Below, in pieces: positions 9,300 through 19,164 of a stretch of DNA of 64,000 nt. The DNA is taken from the IMG/VR virus record IMGVR_UViG_3300022867_000010. The stretch is one strand, 5' to 3'. This DNA is from an uncultured virus (IMG/VR IMGVR_UViG_3300022867_000010). Its lineage: Duplodnaviria; Heunggongvirae; Uroviricota; Caudoviricetes. The notes beneath the pieces are model-generated. The model saw nothing but the letters and a program-made list of their open reading frames with translations. It ran no database searches and had not been told where the DNA came from. Position 1 is the first letter of the stretch. Every line of letters starts with the position of its first letter. Position numbers and translations under genes: made by a program.

Positions 9300-9523
9300 C
9301 AGAAGCCTCCTTCAAAATTATCAATGTCATCATTATTGTCATCAAAATTGTCTGAGGATAGATAATTGATCTCTGACTCTTTAACTACAACAGTTCGTTT
9401 AGATAACGCCCTGACCTTTGCTTTTATGGCAAGCCGTTTCATTGTCAATTTAAATTCATCGCTTTTTTGTGTCTTGGCGACTGCGTCTGCAATGAGATCA
9501 ATTCTAGTCATCAAAAACTCCAT
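9296..9523 (-). CDS. Hypothetical protein
   Basis: ORF overlapping the cd start. Confidence 0.5.
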   Translation of the reverse strand: MEFLMTRIDLIADAVAKTQKSDEFKLTMKRLAIKAKVRALSKRTVVVKESEINYLSSDNFDDNNDDIDNFEGGFW

Positions 9524-9859
9524 CTTTCTTTAACTTCAATGTTCCAAAAATTACAGACACAACACCGACAATGGCAAAAGCCAAGATATACGCCAAATTT
9601 AGTTCTGGGTTATCAAGCATGGCAGACGCCAATAATAAGGTAATTATTCCAAACACGAATCTAATCATTTTCTTCATACCCTGGTTCGATTGACAATAAC
9701 CCTTGTTTAGATTTAGGCACCTTAAGTTCTTTGATAGCGAAGATTTTGGCGGCGTATAGATCGCCGACGGATAAAGGTATCTCTATTTTCTTAGAGTTAT
9801 AATATGCAATGTATCCAGTTTGTTTCATAATTTAGTCTCTTTAATTAATTTATACATGT

Positions 9860-9924
9860 ATTATACCATGGTTCGGGTATAATGTCAACAACTTTCTTAT
9901 AACTTGTAGTTATAACCTTATAAC
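9860..9924 (-). promoter_or_regulatory. sigma70 promoter with upstream palindrome
   Basis: TTGACA 9888-9883; GTTATAacctTATAAC 9909-9924. Confidence 0.8.
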
Positions 9925-10436
9925 ATTTCTCTAGCTTGAGCGAGCAAAACAGAATCTGCCTTGGTCAATACATCCAGAAGCAATGCTTTTTCTTTCAAAT
10001 AAACCTTTGCAAACTTGGGATCGTGTTCGATAATAGAAACACTGTTGTCTATCAAATCTGCGACCTTGATGTTATGTACATCAGCACTTGCGGCACCTAA
10101 TCTTTCTCGGTCCATCTTCTTTCTAGCCGCCCTGTTAGGACTCACACCTTCGATAAATGGGTCATCAGACAATGCTTTGATCATATCATGTACCCTAGTA
10201 CCAAATTCTTCTTGAATCATATCCAAGGTGACCTCAGTATCTTCAACTGTGTCGTGCAAGAAAGCAGCAGCGATTACATGTTCATCCGTGATACCTACCG
10301 AACGTAATGTCAGCGCTACATTAACCGGATGAAAGATATAAGGCTCTCCTGTGTATTTTCTTTTATGATATATGTCGCCGTGATATTTCCACGCGAACCA
10401 ATATGCTTTTTCTGTTAGTGCAGTAGTAGTTGTCAT
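9918..10436 (-). CDS. SpoT/Mesh1-like HD-domain hydrolase
   Basis: RKYTGEPYIFHP...AAFLHDTVEDT...IKVADLIDN. Confidence 0.9.
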   Translation of the reverse strand: MTTTTALTEKAYWFAWKYHGDIYHKRKYTGEPYIFHPVNVALTLRSVGITDEHVIAAAFLHDTVEDTEVTLDMIQEEFGTRVHDMIKALSDDPFIEGVSPNRAARKKMDRERLGAASADVHNIKVADLIDNSVSIIEHDPKFAKVYLKEKALLLDVLTKADSVLLAQAREML

Positions 10437-10463
10437 AATTTAAACTCTTTAATTTATATATGT

Positions 10464-10517
10464 ATTATATCATAACCACGGGCTATGTCAACAACTTATT
10501 AGTTATATCGATATAAT
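10464..10517 (-). promoter_or_regulatory. sigma70 promoter with upstream palindrome
   Basis: TTGACA-16-TATAAT; palindrome 10502-10517. Confidence 0.8.
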
Positions 10518-10523
10518 TAATAG

Positions 10524-10712
10524 TTATAAAAATATATAACCATTGTAGTAACCCCAACCTAACCACAAAATGGCGCCAGTTACAATATATATTAAGATGT
10601 TGGGCATCATATATAAAAGTCTGACTATCAAGACACAAATAAATATAATAAAAGCAATTTCGATAAATGGCGCAGCAATCTCTGGCCAAGTTAGATAACC
10701 ATGTCTATTCAT
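10524..10712 (-). CDS. Small membrane protein
   Basis: Two hydrophobic segments. Confidence 0.5.
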   Translation of the reverse strand: MNRHGYLTWPEIAAPFIEIAFIIFICVLIVRLLYMMPNILIYIVTGAILWLGWGYYNGYIFL

Positions 10713-11073
10713 TGTTCATTCTCTGCCAACGGTTGGCTCTTTCAAAAAATTCTTTAGCGAACTTTTGTGGGTTTTTCAAATGTTCATCCGTGCCCATTTC
10801 GTCATCATATATTGTAGCAGTGCCGCTGTCGTTATAATATTCAACGTCAACTTTGAATGCAAAATGCATTTTGCCTTCTTCATCGGTAATTCTGGTAACA
10901 GGATGAATTCCAAGATATCCCACCTTCAAACTGCTTCGAGCATCGACAAGTGCCTCCACGATTGGTTGCAAGACAATCTCACCGACAGTATCTATCTCGA
11001 ATGTTGTGTCTTCATATTTGCCTTCATATTTGCCTTCGTATTCGACAAGCAACGTTTTTGGATCTTTAATCAT
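10705..11073 (-). CDS. Hypothetical protein
   Basis: ORF overlapping both neighbours. Confidence 0.55.
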   Translation of the reverse strand: MIKDPKTLLVEYEGKYEGKYEDTTFEIDTVGEIVLQPIVEALVDARSSLKVGYLGIHPVTRITDEEGKMHFAFKVDVEYYNDSGTATIYDDEMGTDEHLKNPQKFAKEFFERANRWQRMNNE

Positions 11074-11390
11074 AAGTATCTAGCTCCATATACGTCCCAA
11101 GCAGTAACACAACCTTCATTTTCGTCAAAGACGTTTCCACGAACACCTTTAGCAGGGGCTTTCCAAGACGCGGCTTTAAGTATATCTCCATTCTCCAAAT
11201 TCACAAAAGAGTGCACAGATTCGGGATTAAATGTGTTGGGTTTACATTTGATAATCTTCGCGTATTTTTTGCCGTAAGATACATCAATATTAAAAACACC
11301 TATATCATATTTCATATTCACATAATGTTCAGCGGTGTGTTTTTCTAAAGTAATTCGCATTTTCTCGATCTGTTCTTTGACTGTATTCAT
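11070..11390 (-). CDS. Conserved phage hypothetical protein
   Basis: GKKYAKI...VHSFV...GDILKAASWKAPAKGVRGN, a motif I recall from large phages. Confidence 0.7.
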   Translation of the reverse strand: MNTVKEQIEKMRITLEKHTAEHYVNMKYDIGVFNIDVSYGKKYAKIIKCKPNTFNPESVHSFVNLENGDILKAASWKAPAKGVRGNVFDENEGCVTAWDVYGARYL

Positions 11391-11421
11391 AATTTAGTCT
11401 CTTCAATTAATTTATACAACT

Positions 11422-11476
11422 ATTATACCATAGGTGTAATACAATGTCAACAACTTATTAGTTATAACGATATAAT
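11422..11476 (-). promoter_or_regulatory. sigma70 promoter with upstream palindrome
   Basis: TTGACA 11450-11445; palindrome 11461-11476. Confidence 0.8.
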
Positions 11477-11760
11477 TAGTAGTAATAACGGCGAGAATCA
11501 TCGGTGTTTTCGAAATTCCACCGACTTGTCTCAGGTTGCCACTCGCGAACGCCAACACTCTTCTCGGTGCCAGCAGTAGAATCTTTCATTGATTGTTTGT
11601 CAAGATAATTATATCCTGCGTAGTTTCCTGTAGCGTGTAATATTGTTTCTAGCAAAGCATATTGCCCTATGCGAAAGTCTTTATAGTCGTCACAGCTATT
11701 AAGCAACGCATCATTAACTATGTTTTTAATTTCATCAACACTAAAAGTTTTTCTGGACAT
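11476..11760 (-). CDS. Hypothetical early protein
   Basis: ORF starting MSRKTF directly behind a promoter. Confidence 0.6.
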   Translation of the reverse strand: MSRKTFSVDEIKNIVNDALLNSCDDYKDFRIGQYALLETILHATGNYAGYNYLDKQSMKDSTAGTEKSVGVREWQPETSRWNFENTDDSRRYYY

Positions 11761-11792
11761 AATATGGGACTCTTCAATTAATTTATACATGT

Positions 11793-11867
11793 ATTATACC
11801 ATGGTTGGGGTATAATGTCAACAACTAACTTGGAAATTTTTAGAACTTGGAAATATATCGATATAAC
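11793..11867 (-). promoter_or_regulatory. sigma70 promoter with degenerate upstream palindrome
   Basis: TTGACA 11821-11816; AATATATCGATATAAC 11852-11867. Confidence 0.8.
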
Positions 11868-11946
11868 TTAGAGTTATATGGTGGAACTTGAAAAAACTTG
11901 TATAGAGTAGGGTTATCCTACACAAGTTATATTACATGCAGCGTAC

Positions 11947-12255
11947 TCAGTTGTCAACTTTCGCGCCAGCACGCCATTGATAACAGCTCCAATACTTTGC
12001 TTTCCACTTTGGTCCTGGGTCCTTATCACAGCCGTGTCTTGCTCGGAAAGATTTACGTCTAGCAGGGTCGTCTCTTTTGATTTCCATGTTTGGGTCACCA
12101 AAAGTAACCTTAACTACGTTATCTTTATCATTTTTAACGTAAACGCCAAATTTTTTGGTAGACCCTGAAGGCAACCTAAAAGGGTCATTTAACTTTACTT
12201 TCTTTCCTTGATACTCATTATCTTCGAGCATTGTGTAATCAAGAAACGATTTCAT
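11947..12255 (-). CDS. Basic conserved phage protein with capsid-targeting-like N-terminus
   Basis: MKSFLDYTMLE...KKFGVYVK...FGDPNM...RRKSFRARHGC. Confidence 0.7.
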   Translation of the reverse strand: MKSFLDYTMLEDNEYQGKKVKLNDPFRLPSGSTKKFGVYVKNDKDNVVKVTFGDPNMEIKRDDPARRKSFRARHGCDKDPGPKWKAKYWSCYQWRAGAKVDN

Positions 12256-12358
12256 CAACCTACCCAGACACAGTATTGAGAAGCAGTAGCAACTGCTTGG
12301 CATGCCTGCAAAGTTGCGTATTCCGCGATTGCTATTCCTTCGTGCATTAAATTATACA

Positions 12359-12604
12359 TTATATTTTATCCTTTGCGTCACAAGATGCGCCAGACAACAT
12401 ATTGGCGACTTGTACTTTTAGTACGATTATTTCATTCATCTTAGTTTGTTCTGCTCGAAGACCACCTATTTCGAGGTTCATAGTCTGTAGTTCTTGATTC
12501 TGTTCGTAGTATCCATACCCAAACAAGGCAGAGAGTATAATAAATACAGATAGTGGTTTTTTAACCAGTAATTCTATTATAGCATTGTAATTCATAGAGA
12601 ACAT
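12359..12604 (-). CDS. Membrane-anchored coiled-coil protein
   Basis: N-terminal TM segment; TATAAATA at 12625-12618. Confidence 0.55.
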   Translation of the reverse strand: MFSMNYNAIIELLVKKPLSVFIILSALFGYGYYEQNQELQTMNLEIGGLRAEQTKMNEIIVLKVQVANMLSGASCDAKDKI

Positions 12605-12626
12605 CCTTCGTTTTCTATATTTATAG

Positions 12627-12654
12627 AAAAAGGACCTTTAGTAGGTCCTTTTTC
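12627..12654. terminator. Bidirectional intrinsic terminator
   Basis: AAAAAGGACCT..AGGTCCTTTTT. Confidence 0.8.
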
Positions 12655-12658
12655 GATA

Positions 12659-12732
12659 TGGCGAAGAGCTAAGGAATCGAACCCCAAATTTCAGCGTTGG
12701 AAACTGATGTGTTACCATTACACCAACTCAAC
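12659..12732 (-). tRNA. tRNA-Trp(CCA) with mismatched acceptor stem
   Basis: Anticodon arm TCAGT-TT-CCA-AC-GCTGA, GGTTCGATT, G73, encoded CCA; two U-U mismatches in the acceptor stem. Confidence 0.65.
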
Positions 12733-12736
12733 TTAA

Positions 12737-13000
12737 TTATGCAGAGACTATATAATTATCCGGAGAGAACACCTTATCGGCATCGGCTGCATTAACTTGA
12801 AATTTATGCGTTCGATTTGATTCACTAAAACCATGAGCGGCACTTACACGTCCACGAATTTTTGTATAACCATTGAATGAATGAACTCGAGCTACTCGAT
12901 AGCCGGCGTTAGTTTTAGGTGCAACGTCTGCGCGACGAAGTTCGCCGTTAGGCATACGGACTGTTATTAATGTTGTAATCATACTATTTTTTCCTTTCAT
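12737..13000 (-). CDS. Hypothetical protein
   Basis: ORF behind a sigma70 promoter. Confidence 0.55.
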   Translation of the reverse strand: MKGKNSMITTLITVRMPNGELRRADVAPKTNAGYRVARVHSFNGYTKIRGRVSAAHGFSESNRTHKFQVNAADADKVFSPDNYIVSA

Positions 13001-13042
13001 TATTAAGATACCATTATATCACAAACGAATGTGTTTGTCAAT

Positions 13043-13846
13043 CTATTTGTCACGAATCTTGTTATTCTTTTCTACCGCGGAAGTAAGTACACCGAGCTCG
13101 GAACCCATGAGCTTTGCATAAGATAACAAAGCGGAGGTGTCCTTGGGGAAGCAATGTCCACCAAATCCACGATCACCATCAGGTCCAGGGACTTTCATAT
13201 GAGAAGCACCGACTCTAGAGTCTCGTGTCAGCATATCGGTAAACTGGGGCCAAGTGGTTTTAGTGTTAGTCTTTTTATGAAGTTCGTGAAGTTCATTCAT
13301 GAAGGTCACCTTGGTAGACAACCAACTATTAATTGTATACTTCAGAAGACTTGCGGAAGCAATATCTACCTTAAATGTAGGAACGACCTTTACCCTACTA
13401 TGGTTAAGATATGCTCTTTCGACAACTTCGCAGAGCTCGAAATATCCACCTAGTACTTGCATTGGTGGATTACAGAAGTCCCAATGGGCATTGGCTTCGG
13501 TGAGAAATTCTGGATTGTATACAATTTTTAAATTGTAGTTTGAGACCATCAGTCGAAGATGGTCTGGAGTGATCGTACTCTTGATAACAACGATGCCTCG
13601 ATATTCCAATTGTTCGAGCTGGAATAATGTCTCATAAGTTATAGATGCATCCACTTCGCCGTCTTCTCTTTGTGGTGTTGGAAGGCATAAAAATATGATT
13701 TGGGGTTGTGCAAGAGCACAGTCTTCTAAGCTGAGAGTGGTGTGTCTAGGGTCAACTATTAGTTGATCGACATTGACATTAAATCCATGGGACACACTAC
13801 CACCGACAAATCCTTTGCCGACAATACCTAAAGTTAGTTGTTTCAT
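13043..13846 (-). CDS. UDP-glucose/GDP-mannose dehydrogenase family protein (short form)
   Basis: GKGFVG, CLPTP, IKST, YNPEFL and GFGGHCFPKD motifs. Confidence 0.9.
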   Translation of the reverse strand: MKQLTLGIVGKGFVGGSVSHGFNVNVDQLIVDPRHTTLSLEDCALAQPQIIFLCLPTPQREDGEVDASITYETLFQLEQLEYRGIVVIKSTITPDHLRLMVSNYNLKIVYNPEFLTEANAHWDFCNPPMQVLGGYFELCEVVERAYLNHSRVKVVPTFKVDIASASLLKYTINSWLSTKVTFMNELHELHKKTNTKTTWPQFTDMLTRDSRVGASHMKVPGPDGDRGFGGHCFPKDTSALLSYAKLMGSELGVLTSAVEKNNKIRDK

Positions 13847-14046
13847 AATCTAATCACCTTTGATCTATTAATAATATAAGTTCATTATAACACGGATGGT
13901 TCTATTTGTCAATCTTTATTTAATAATTTTTCTATGTACATTTGTCTTGTTGTGTGATATAATAGTTATATCACCTAATTTTAATATTGCGTATGAAGCT
14001 TTTAGAAATACAACGACAATTACAATTATCACTAATTCTATCATTA

Positions 14047-14337
14047 TTATACACCTTTGATGCCGAAAAGATAAGATATCGACAAAATAATTGCCGTACC
14101 CGCGATTGATACCCCTAACCATTTTATAGCAGAGCCAATTAAAACTTGACTTACCATTTCTAACTCAAGCTTTCTAATTCTATCTAGCACATCTTCTTCT
14201 TTAAAGTGTGCTAGATGTATAGATAGTTTGTCTACTGCTCTTTCTAATTTACTAGCTATGTCAGATGCTCGTTCCTCTTGAATTTCTAGCTGACGAAGTC
14301 TATGCAATACATCATTATTATTATTATCATCCGACAT
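14047..14337 (-). CDS. Coiled-coil protein with C-terminal TM (possible lysis accessory)
   Basis: Coiled coil plus TM; TATAAATA at 14375-14368. Confidence 0.5.
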   Translation of the reverse strand: MSDDNNNNDVLHRLRQLEIQEERASDIASKLERAVDKLSIHLAHFKEEDVLDRIRKLELEMVSQVLIGSAIKWLGVSIAGTAIILSISYLFGIKGV

Positions 14338-14386
14338 AAAGTGCTCCTTGTCTTATGTAAATGATTATATTTATAAGACTTAAATT

Positions 14387-15703
14387 CTATTTAAAATTTA
14401 AGTCCCAAAGGAATTCATCTTTGGTCGTGGTGGATTTCCAATATTCACCTTCAGCTTTTATGTTTTCTATCTGGGTTTTCAATTCATCTACCATCTCTTT
14501 GGTTAAAGTCATGATATTAAGACGCAGCAATTTGTCGCAGTCGTCGTCGGATGCCTTCATGAATGATTGAATTTGTTTGACAACCTTTGCTTTAGTGCTA
14601 CCTTTAAACTTAACCTCGTCGGCAAGCACAGCATTTATAAAAGCGCGTTTAATAAGCAACCATCGCATTTGTTCCTGCAATTTTTCAATCTTAGTTTTGA
14701 TACGCAGATCAAGCACACCCATCTTGAATTCAATAAAATCCTTTATTAAATCCCGCTCGTCAGTATATTCTTTAAGATTCCCTTCTGCATCAATCACAGT
14801 AATATTCTCTGCATATGATTTTTCAAGTTTAAACATCTTCTGAATCTTTGCATCAGTGTCTAAAGTTTTGGCAACCTTGTTGCTTAGGTGAATTTCAAAC
14901 TGAAAACCATGTGTAGAACACTGATCTGAATATCTAACTATATTGCCATCATCTTCGATCTTATCAAGTATTTTGATATATGTCTCACGATCATAGCCGT
15001 ATGGAATTTCAGTGATAATAAGTTTGGTAGAAGATGGGCGTTTGAATATCCCGTAAGATAAGAACCGGTCAGAAATAGGGTCGTATGATGTAGCACCTTC
15101 AAAGTCTGGAAATGTAATAGGCAAACGATTAGTTATCTTTCCTTTGGAGATATATTCTTTACATGCTTTTATTATGTCTTTCTCGCTGCGCGGTAGTATA
15201 TTGGTCGCAAATCCTGTCGCAATACCCTTTATGCCATTGGTCAAGACCAGTGGTATAACTGGAAGGTAATATTGAGGAGGAAGATGCTCTGGGTCTTCAT
15301 GCTCTGGAGACAAGTCAATATCCTTGATGTATTTGTTGAAGTTTGCGTGTAGTCGTGTGTAGACATAGCGAGCTGCGCCTGCCGCCTGTATCTGACGAGT
15401 ACCAAACGAACCTCTACCTTCGATCAAACAAATATTGTTGTTCCAATTGGCAGCCATCAACTGCCCTGCGCCTGCAGCAGAAGTTTCGCCGTGATTATAA
15501 CCATAATCAGATATGATGCCCGATATAGCAGAGACCTTTTTGAACTCTTTGGATGAGTTCACAATCGACGAATAGAGATAGAAGCGCTGCACTGGTTTTA
15601 AACCATCCACAGCACTTGGAATTGCTCGATTCTCGATTGTGTACTTTGCAAAGTCTTTCATTTCATTATTTGCAATGTCTGTCAGAGAGTATATATTAAT
15701 CAT
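14387..15703 (-). CDS. 52: DNA topoisomerase II medium subunit (gp52)
   Basis: RAIP..DGLKPVQR, YNHGE, AARYVY catalytic Tyr. Confidence 0.95.
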   Translation of the reverse strand: MINIYSLTDIANNEMKDFAKYTIENRAIPSAVDGLKPVQRFYLYSSIVNSSKEFKKVSAISGIISDYGYNHGETSAAGAGQLMAANWNNNICLIEGRGSFGTRQIQAAGAARYVYTRLHANFNKYIKDIDLSPEHEDPEHLPPQYYLPVIPLVLTNGIKGIATGFATNILPRSEKDIIKACKEYISKGKITNRLPITFPDFEGATSYDPISDRFLSYGIFKRPSSTKLIITEIPYGYDRETYIKILDKIEDDGNIVRYSDQCSTHGFQFEIHLSNKVAKTLDTDAKIQKMFKLEKSYAENITVIDAEGNLKEYTDERDLIKDFIEFKMGVLDLRIKTKIEKLQEQMRWLLIKRAFINAVLADEVKFKGSTKAKVVKQIQSFMKASDDDCDKLLRLNIMTLTKEMVDELKTQIENIKAEGEYWKSTTTKDEFLWDLNFK

Positions 15704-16504
15704 TTATAGTTCCACCGTAAAAGATGCATCAAAATCTGGATTTAAATCAGTAGGATAATATCCTCGAGGATTACATATCACCCGAGTATTTCCAATTTGA
15801 TAGTCGCTTGTGTTGTGTAAATGCCCATGAACCCAGAGCTCTGGTTGTGCTTCTCCCAAATCTATTACATGTTCGAATAGCTCAGTGCAATAGGCACCAT
15901 TCAAAGAACTATTTTTGTAGTTATCAGATACAGATTGAAACGATGGCGCCATATGTGTTACTACCACCACCTTGTTTCCTTTTTCTTTTTCAATCTTTAT
16001 TAGTTCCATAATATAGATTTTAGAAGACATATGATCTTGTATTGTATCTATTGGTGTCAACTTACGCTTCCAAGGTTCGTCCAAGGTGCCTGTCCTTATA
16101 GTGCTATAATCATTCATACCGCACTGTGCATCATGCATAGTCATTACATTGTGGCCATCCATATCAGACCACAAAGTTGCACCAATAAATGCAACATCTT
16201 CTAGCCGCGTGACGCCCTTTTCTAAAACACTCACATTATCAAATTCTATTAGTTCGTTTGATATGCGATTATGTGTAGTTGGAAAGTTTGTCCCGTAATG
16301 CTCATGATTTCCAAGCACAAATATAACTTCTTTGAAGCGATAAGACATTTCTTCGATGAAATATCTATAGGACGATTTACGTTTAGCAAGGCCAATATCT
16401 CCTGCAAGAACAAGAACCGTATCTTTGTCTTGAGGTAGATCGGGGATTTCCATATCGCCTTGACTAAACTCAAGATGTAAATCTGACATTATTCTAATTT
16501 TCAT
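15704..16504 (-). CDS. Calcineurin-like metallophosphoesterase
   Basis: SDLH, AGDI, GNHE and HGHLH motifs. Confidence 0.9.
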   Translation of the reverse strand: MKIRIMSDLHLEFSQGDMEIPDLPQDKDTVLVLAGDIGLAKRKSSYRYFIEEMSYRFKEVIFVLGNHEHYGTNFPTTHNRISNELIEFDNVSVLEKGVTRLEDVAFIGATLWSDMDGHNVMTMHDAQCGMNDYSTIRTGTLDEPWKRKLTPIDTIQDHMSSKIYIMELIKIEKEKGNKVVVVTHMAPSFQSVSDNYKNSSLNGAYCTELFEHVIDLGEAQPELWVHGHLHNTSDYQIGNTRVICNPRGYYPTDLNPDFDASFTVEL

Positions 16505-16808
16505 TTTTTACAGTCCCATCATCTTGTAACAAAACTAAGAAAGGAGCAAGGTCACCTGTCCATTTGCTTTCATGACCGCATTGGCCGCACGAACAAACAT
16601 AATAAGATAATTCATTCATGTTTACAGGATCATAAAATCTTTTTTTGTGTTTATATTTAACTCCTGAAACACTGAACCACTCGTTACAGCTAGGACATTT
16701 AATGTCTGTCCCTGTTCTTTTTAAATGCCGTTTGGTTACTTGATCATAGAAATAGGAATATAAGCGCGTATGCAGCTTGTCTATTATATTTTGAGGCTTC
16801 ACATTCAT
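16494..16808 (-). CDS. Hypothetical Zn-binding protein
   Basis: CPSC...CGQC; start reassigned to MNVKPQ. Confidence 0.55.
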   Translation of the reverse strand: MNVKPQNIIDKLHTRLYSYFYDQVTKRHLKRTGTDIKCPSCNEWFSVSGVKYKHKKRFYDPVNMNELSYYVCSCGQCGHESKWTGDLAPFLVLLQDDGTVKNEN

Positions 16809-16823
16809 ATCGTCACAATCCTT

Positions 16824-16913
16824 AATTTCTATACATGTATTATACCATAGTCGCGGCACAATGTCAATAACTAATTTCAGTTTAGTTAGAATTAGTTGTT
16901 ATATCGATATAAC
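16824..16913 (-). promoter_or_regulatory. sigma70 promoter cassette with palindrome; 81 bp identical to 56728-56808
   Basis: TTGACA 16867-16862; palindrome 16898-16913. Confidence 0.85.
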
Positions 16914-18745
16914 TATTGTGTTAACCAAACCTTTCTTAATGCAGGGTCAGCGCCAAACATTATTTCAAATTGATTTTCGTCATCAATAGATATAGTTGAA
17001 AATTCTGGTTTGTTGATTATATCGTAATATTCCTCCTCGGTTAATGAAGCAAGACCTTTTATATATCTGTGATGATACCCAGCACTAGACTTGTTTGATT
17101 TGAATTCTTTGGCATCCTTATAAGAATAGAACCAAGAAGCGGTCTTCTTATTAGAAGAAATCATAATAGGTGTTCGAGTAAGATGCACTCGCTTTTCGTC
17201 GTATAACCGCGGCCAGAATTTGTAGAAGAATGCAATTAGCAATCCACCGATATGGTTGCCGTCATGGTCTGCGTCTGCAAGTATGGCAATATTCCGGTAG
17301 GTCATATCATCAATGCTGTCTGGGTCGTTGATATTTAAACCAAGAACCGCGACCAATTCGCCTAACTCTTTATTCTTTAGAACATCGGCAGGTTTCATGT
17401 TCCAAGTATTCATTACAACACCGCGCAATGGAAAACCACCTACAGTCTTGGGATTACGAACCTTTAACAAATAACCAATCGCGGAGTCACCTTCACATAG
17501 AAATAAGGTACCTGTAGTACCTGAAGCTGCAATGTGTTTCGGCACCTTAATCTTTCTAAGTTTCTTTTGTGCAAGTGTTGCCGCTCTATTATCAGCCGCC
17601 AGCTTCTTGGCCAACTGCGCTTCAACGATAGGTCCAATAATATCATCTGAACCCATTATTTTCTTAGCAATCTTTTCGAAATCAATAACACCTGTTTTGT
17701 TGTAGTGTTCCTTAACTCCGGTTATATTCGACGTTAGACGTTCCTTTGTCTGTGAATCGTAGTTAGGGTCGGTAAAATTGCGGGCAAACATGACAAAGGT
17801 AAGACCATTCTTGATCGTAGATTTGGTCACATCAATTTTAAATTTGCGTTTCACCAACTTGGCCAATATCTCCACAATCTCATTTATGATGTAATCAACA
17901 TAAGTACCACCCATGCGAGTATTAACACCATTGATATATGACGTAGTCTTGAACCCGTCTTCAGACGAAGTGATGAAATAGGTCAAATCGGTTGTCACGT
18001 TGAAAACTGTGCTTGCATCAGGGTCAGTCTGAAACAACTGAGCATATTTCTTTATATTAGATTCTTTAATACGAGTCTTGTTGAATTTGAATTTGATTTC
18101 AGGGAATGCAATCTGTAGGCTCGTTAATCGATCTTGAATCAACTCCTCAGTATTAACGTCTGATATGTTATCAATACCGAACAATGCAAAGTCAGGGGTA
18201 AATGTAACTCTAGTACCGCTACCTTCCTTAGTTGAGTTAGAAACATCAATACTATTTGCACCATCCTTGCATTGCACTTTAACAAGATTTTTCTTCTGCC
18301 ATGTTTCACCAATGAATTTCGAAGACATAAAATTGGTACATGCAGAACCTACACCGTTGGCGCCAATCGTGGTACGTTCATCATCAAACGATGTACCCGC
18401 GTTAGTTTTTGTCCATGCAGCAACAGGCCTGACTACTTTATCACCAGTATGGTCTGTTACCATCTCTTGAGGTATACCGCGACCATTATCTTCGATAGTG
18501 ATTGCATTACCTTTAACTGACACTGAAATTTGGTTGGCGTGTTTGAATTTGGTCCGGATGGATTCATCAATTGCATTATCAATGATCTCGTCTACCATCT
18601 TGTTTAAGGCAGGAACATAATTAATAGACTTCCATTTGCCCACGACAAAGCGCTCAAGACTTTCAGATGCAGTAGAACCAAGATACATCCCAGGCCTAGT
18701 GCGTACATGTTCGCGAGGGGATAATATTTTAAACTCTTCTTTCAT
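16913..18745 (-). CDS. 39: DNA topoisomerase II large subunit (fused gp39+60)
   Basis: RPGMYLGS, EIIDNAID, DNGRGIP, EGDSA, PLRG, DADHDG and YIKGL motifs. Confidence 0.95.
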   Translation of the reverse strand: MKEEFKILSPREHVRTRPGMYLGSTASESLERFVVGKWKSINYVPALNKMVDEIIDNAIDESIRTKFKHANQISVSVKGNAITIEDNGRGIPQEMVTDHTGDKVVRPVAAWTKTNAGTSFDDERTTIGANGVGSACTNFMSSKFIGETWQKKNLVKVQCKDGANSIDVSNSTKEGSGTRVTFTPDFALFGIDNISDVNTEELIQDRLTSLQIAFPEIKFKFNKTRIKESNIKKYAQLFQTDPDASTVFNVTTDLTYFITSSEDGFKTTSYINGVNTRMGGTYVDYIINEIVEILAKLVKRKFKIDVTKSTIKNGLTFVMFARNFTDPNYDSQTKERLTSNITGVKEHYNKTGVIDFEKIAKKIMGSDDIIGPIVEAQLAKKLAADNRAATLAQKKLRKIKVPKHIAASGTTGTLFLCEGDSAIGYLLKVRNPKTVGGFPLRGVVMNTWNMKPADVLKNKELGELVAVLGLNINDPDSIDDMTYRNIAILADADHDGNHIGGLLIAFFYKFWPRLYDEKRVHLTRTPIMISSNKKTASWFYSYKDAKEFKSNKSSAGYHHRYIKGLASLTEEEYYDIINKPEFSTISIDDENQFEIMFGADPALRKVWLTQ

Positions 18746-19038
18746 AGAGAAACAACCGGCAGTTTTGAAAACATAACAAAAGCAGTATCGTTTATAGTAG
18801 GGGTTGTGGAATTATACATTTCAGCATCCCATAGTGATTGGGGTCGATCAATCGAACCTTCTGCGATACGGGTCATGTTGAGGGTGTCTTGTTCGTATCG
18901 CAATGCTGCGCGTTCTGCGGTTATACGAGAAGGATAAACACCAACTATTGAATCTTCTGTTGTTTTAACTGTAAACATAGTTTCAAAATCTAGCATTGTG
19001 TCTTTCATTTCTTGTTTTGTCATATTAAATCGGTTCAT
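18742..19038 (-). CDS. Hypothetical protein
   Basis: ORF behind promoter 19099-19072. Confidence 0.5.
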   Translation of the reverse strand: MNRFNMTKQEMKDTMLDFETMFTVKTTEDSIVGVYPSRITAERAALRYEQDTLNMTRIAEGSIDRPQSLWDAEMYNSTTPTINDTAFVMFSKLPVVSL

Positions 19039-19164
19039 TATATTTCACCTTGTTTATTAATTTATATATGTATTATATCATAACCCATGAGTATGTCAAC
19101 AACTAATTGAACTAATTGTCACAAATATTTTTATATGGGTATAAACTTAGTTAATAACGTTTTA

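Noticed and set aside
8769..11867. Clustered repeats as a CRISPR array
   Set aside because: The repeats are promoters separated by whole genes, with no regular spacers and no cas genes.
12690..12706. tRNA-Gly(TCC) reading of the third tRNA
   Set aside because: A 5-bp stem and 7-nt loop place CCA at the anticodon, and G73 fits Trp.
16913..18745. Gene 60-type translational bypass
   Set aside because: The gp39 and gp60 regions form one continuous ORF.
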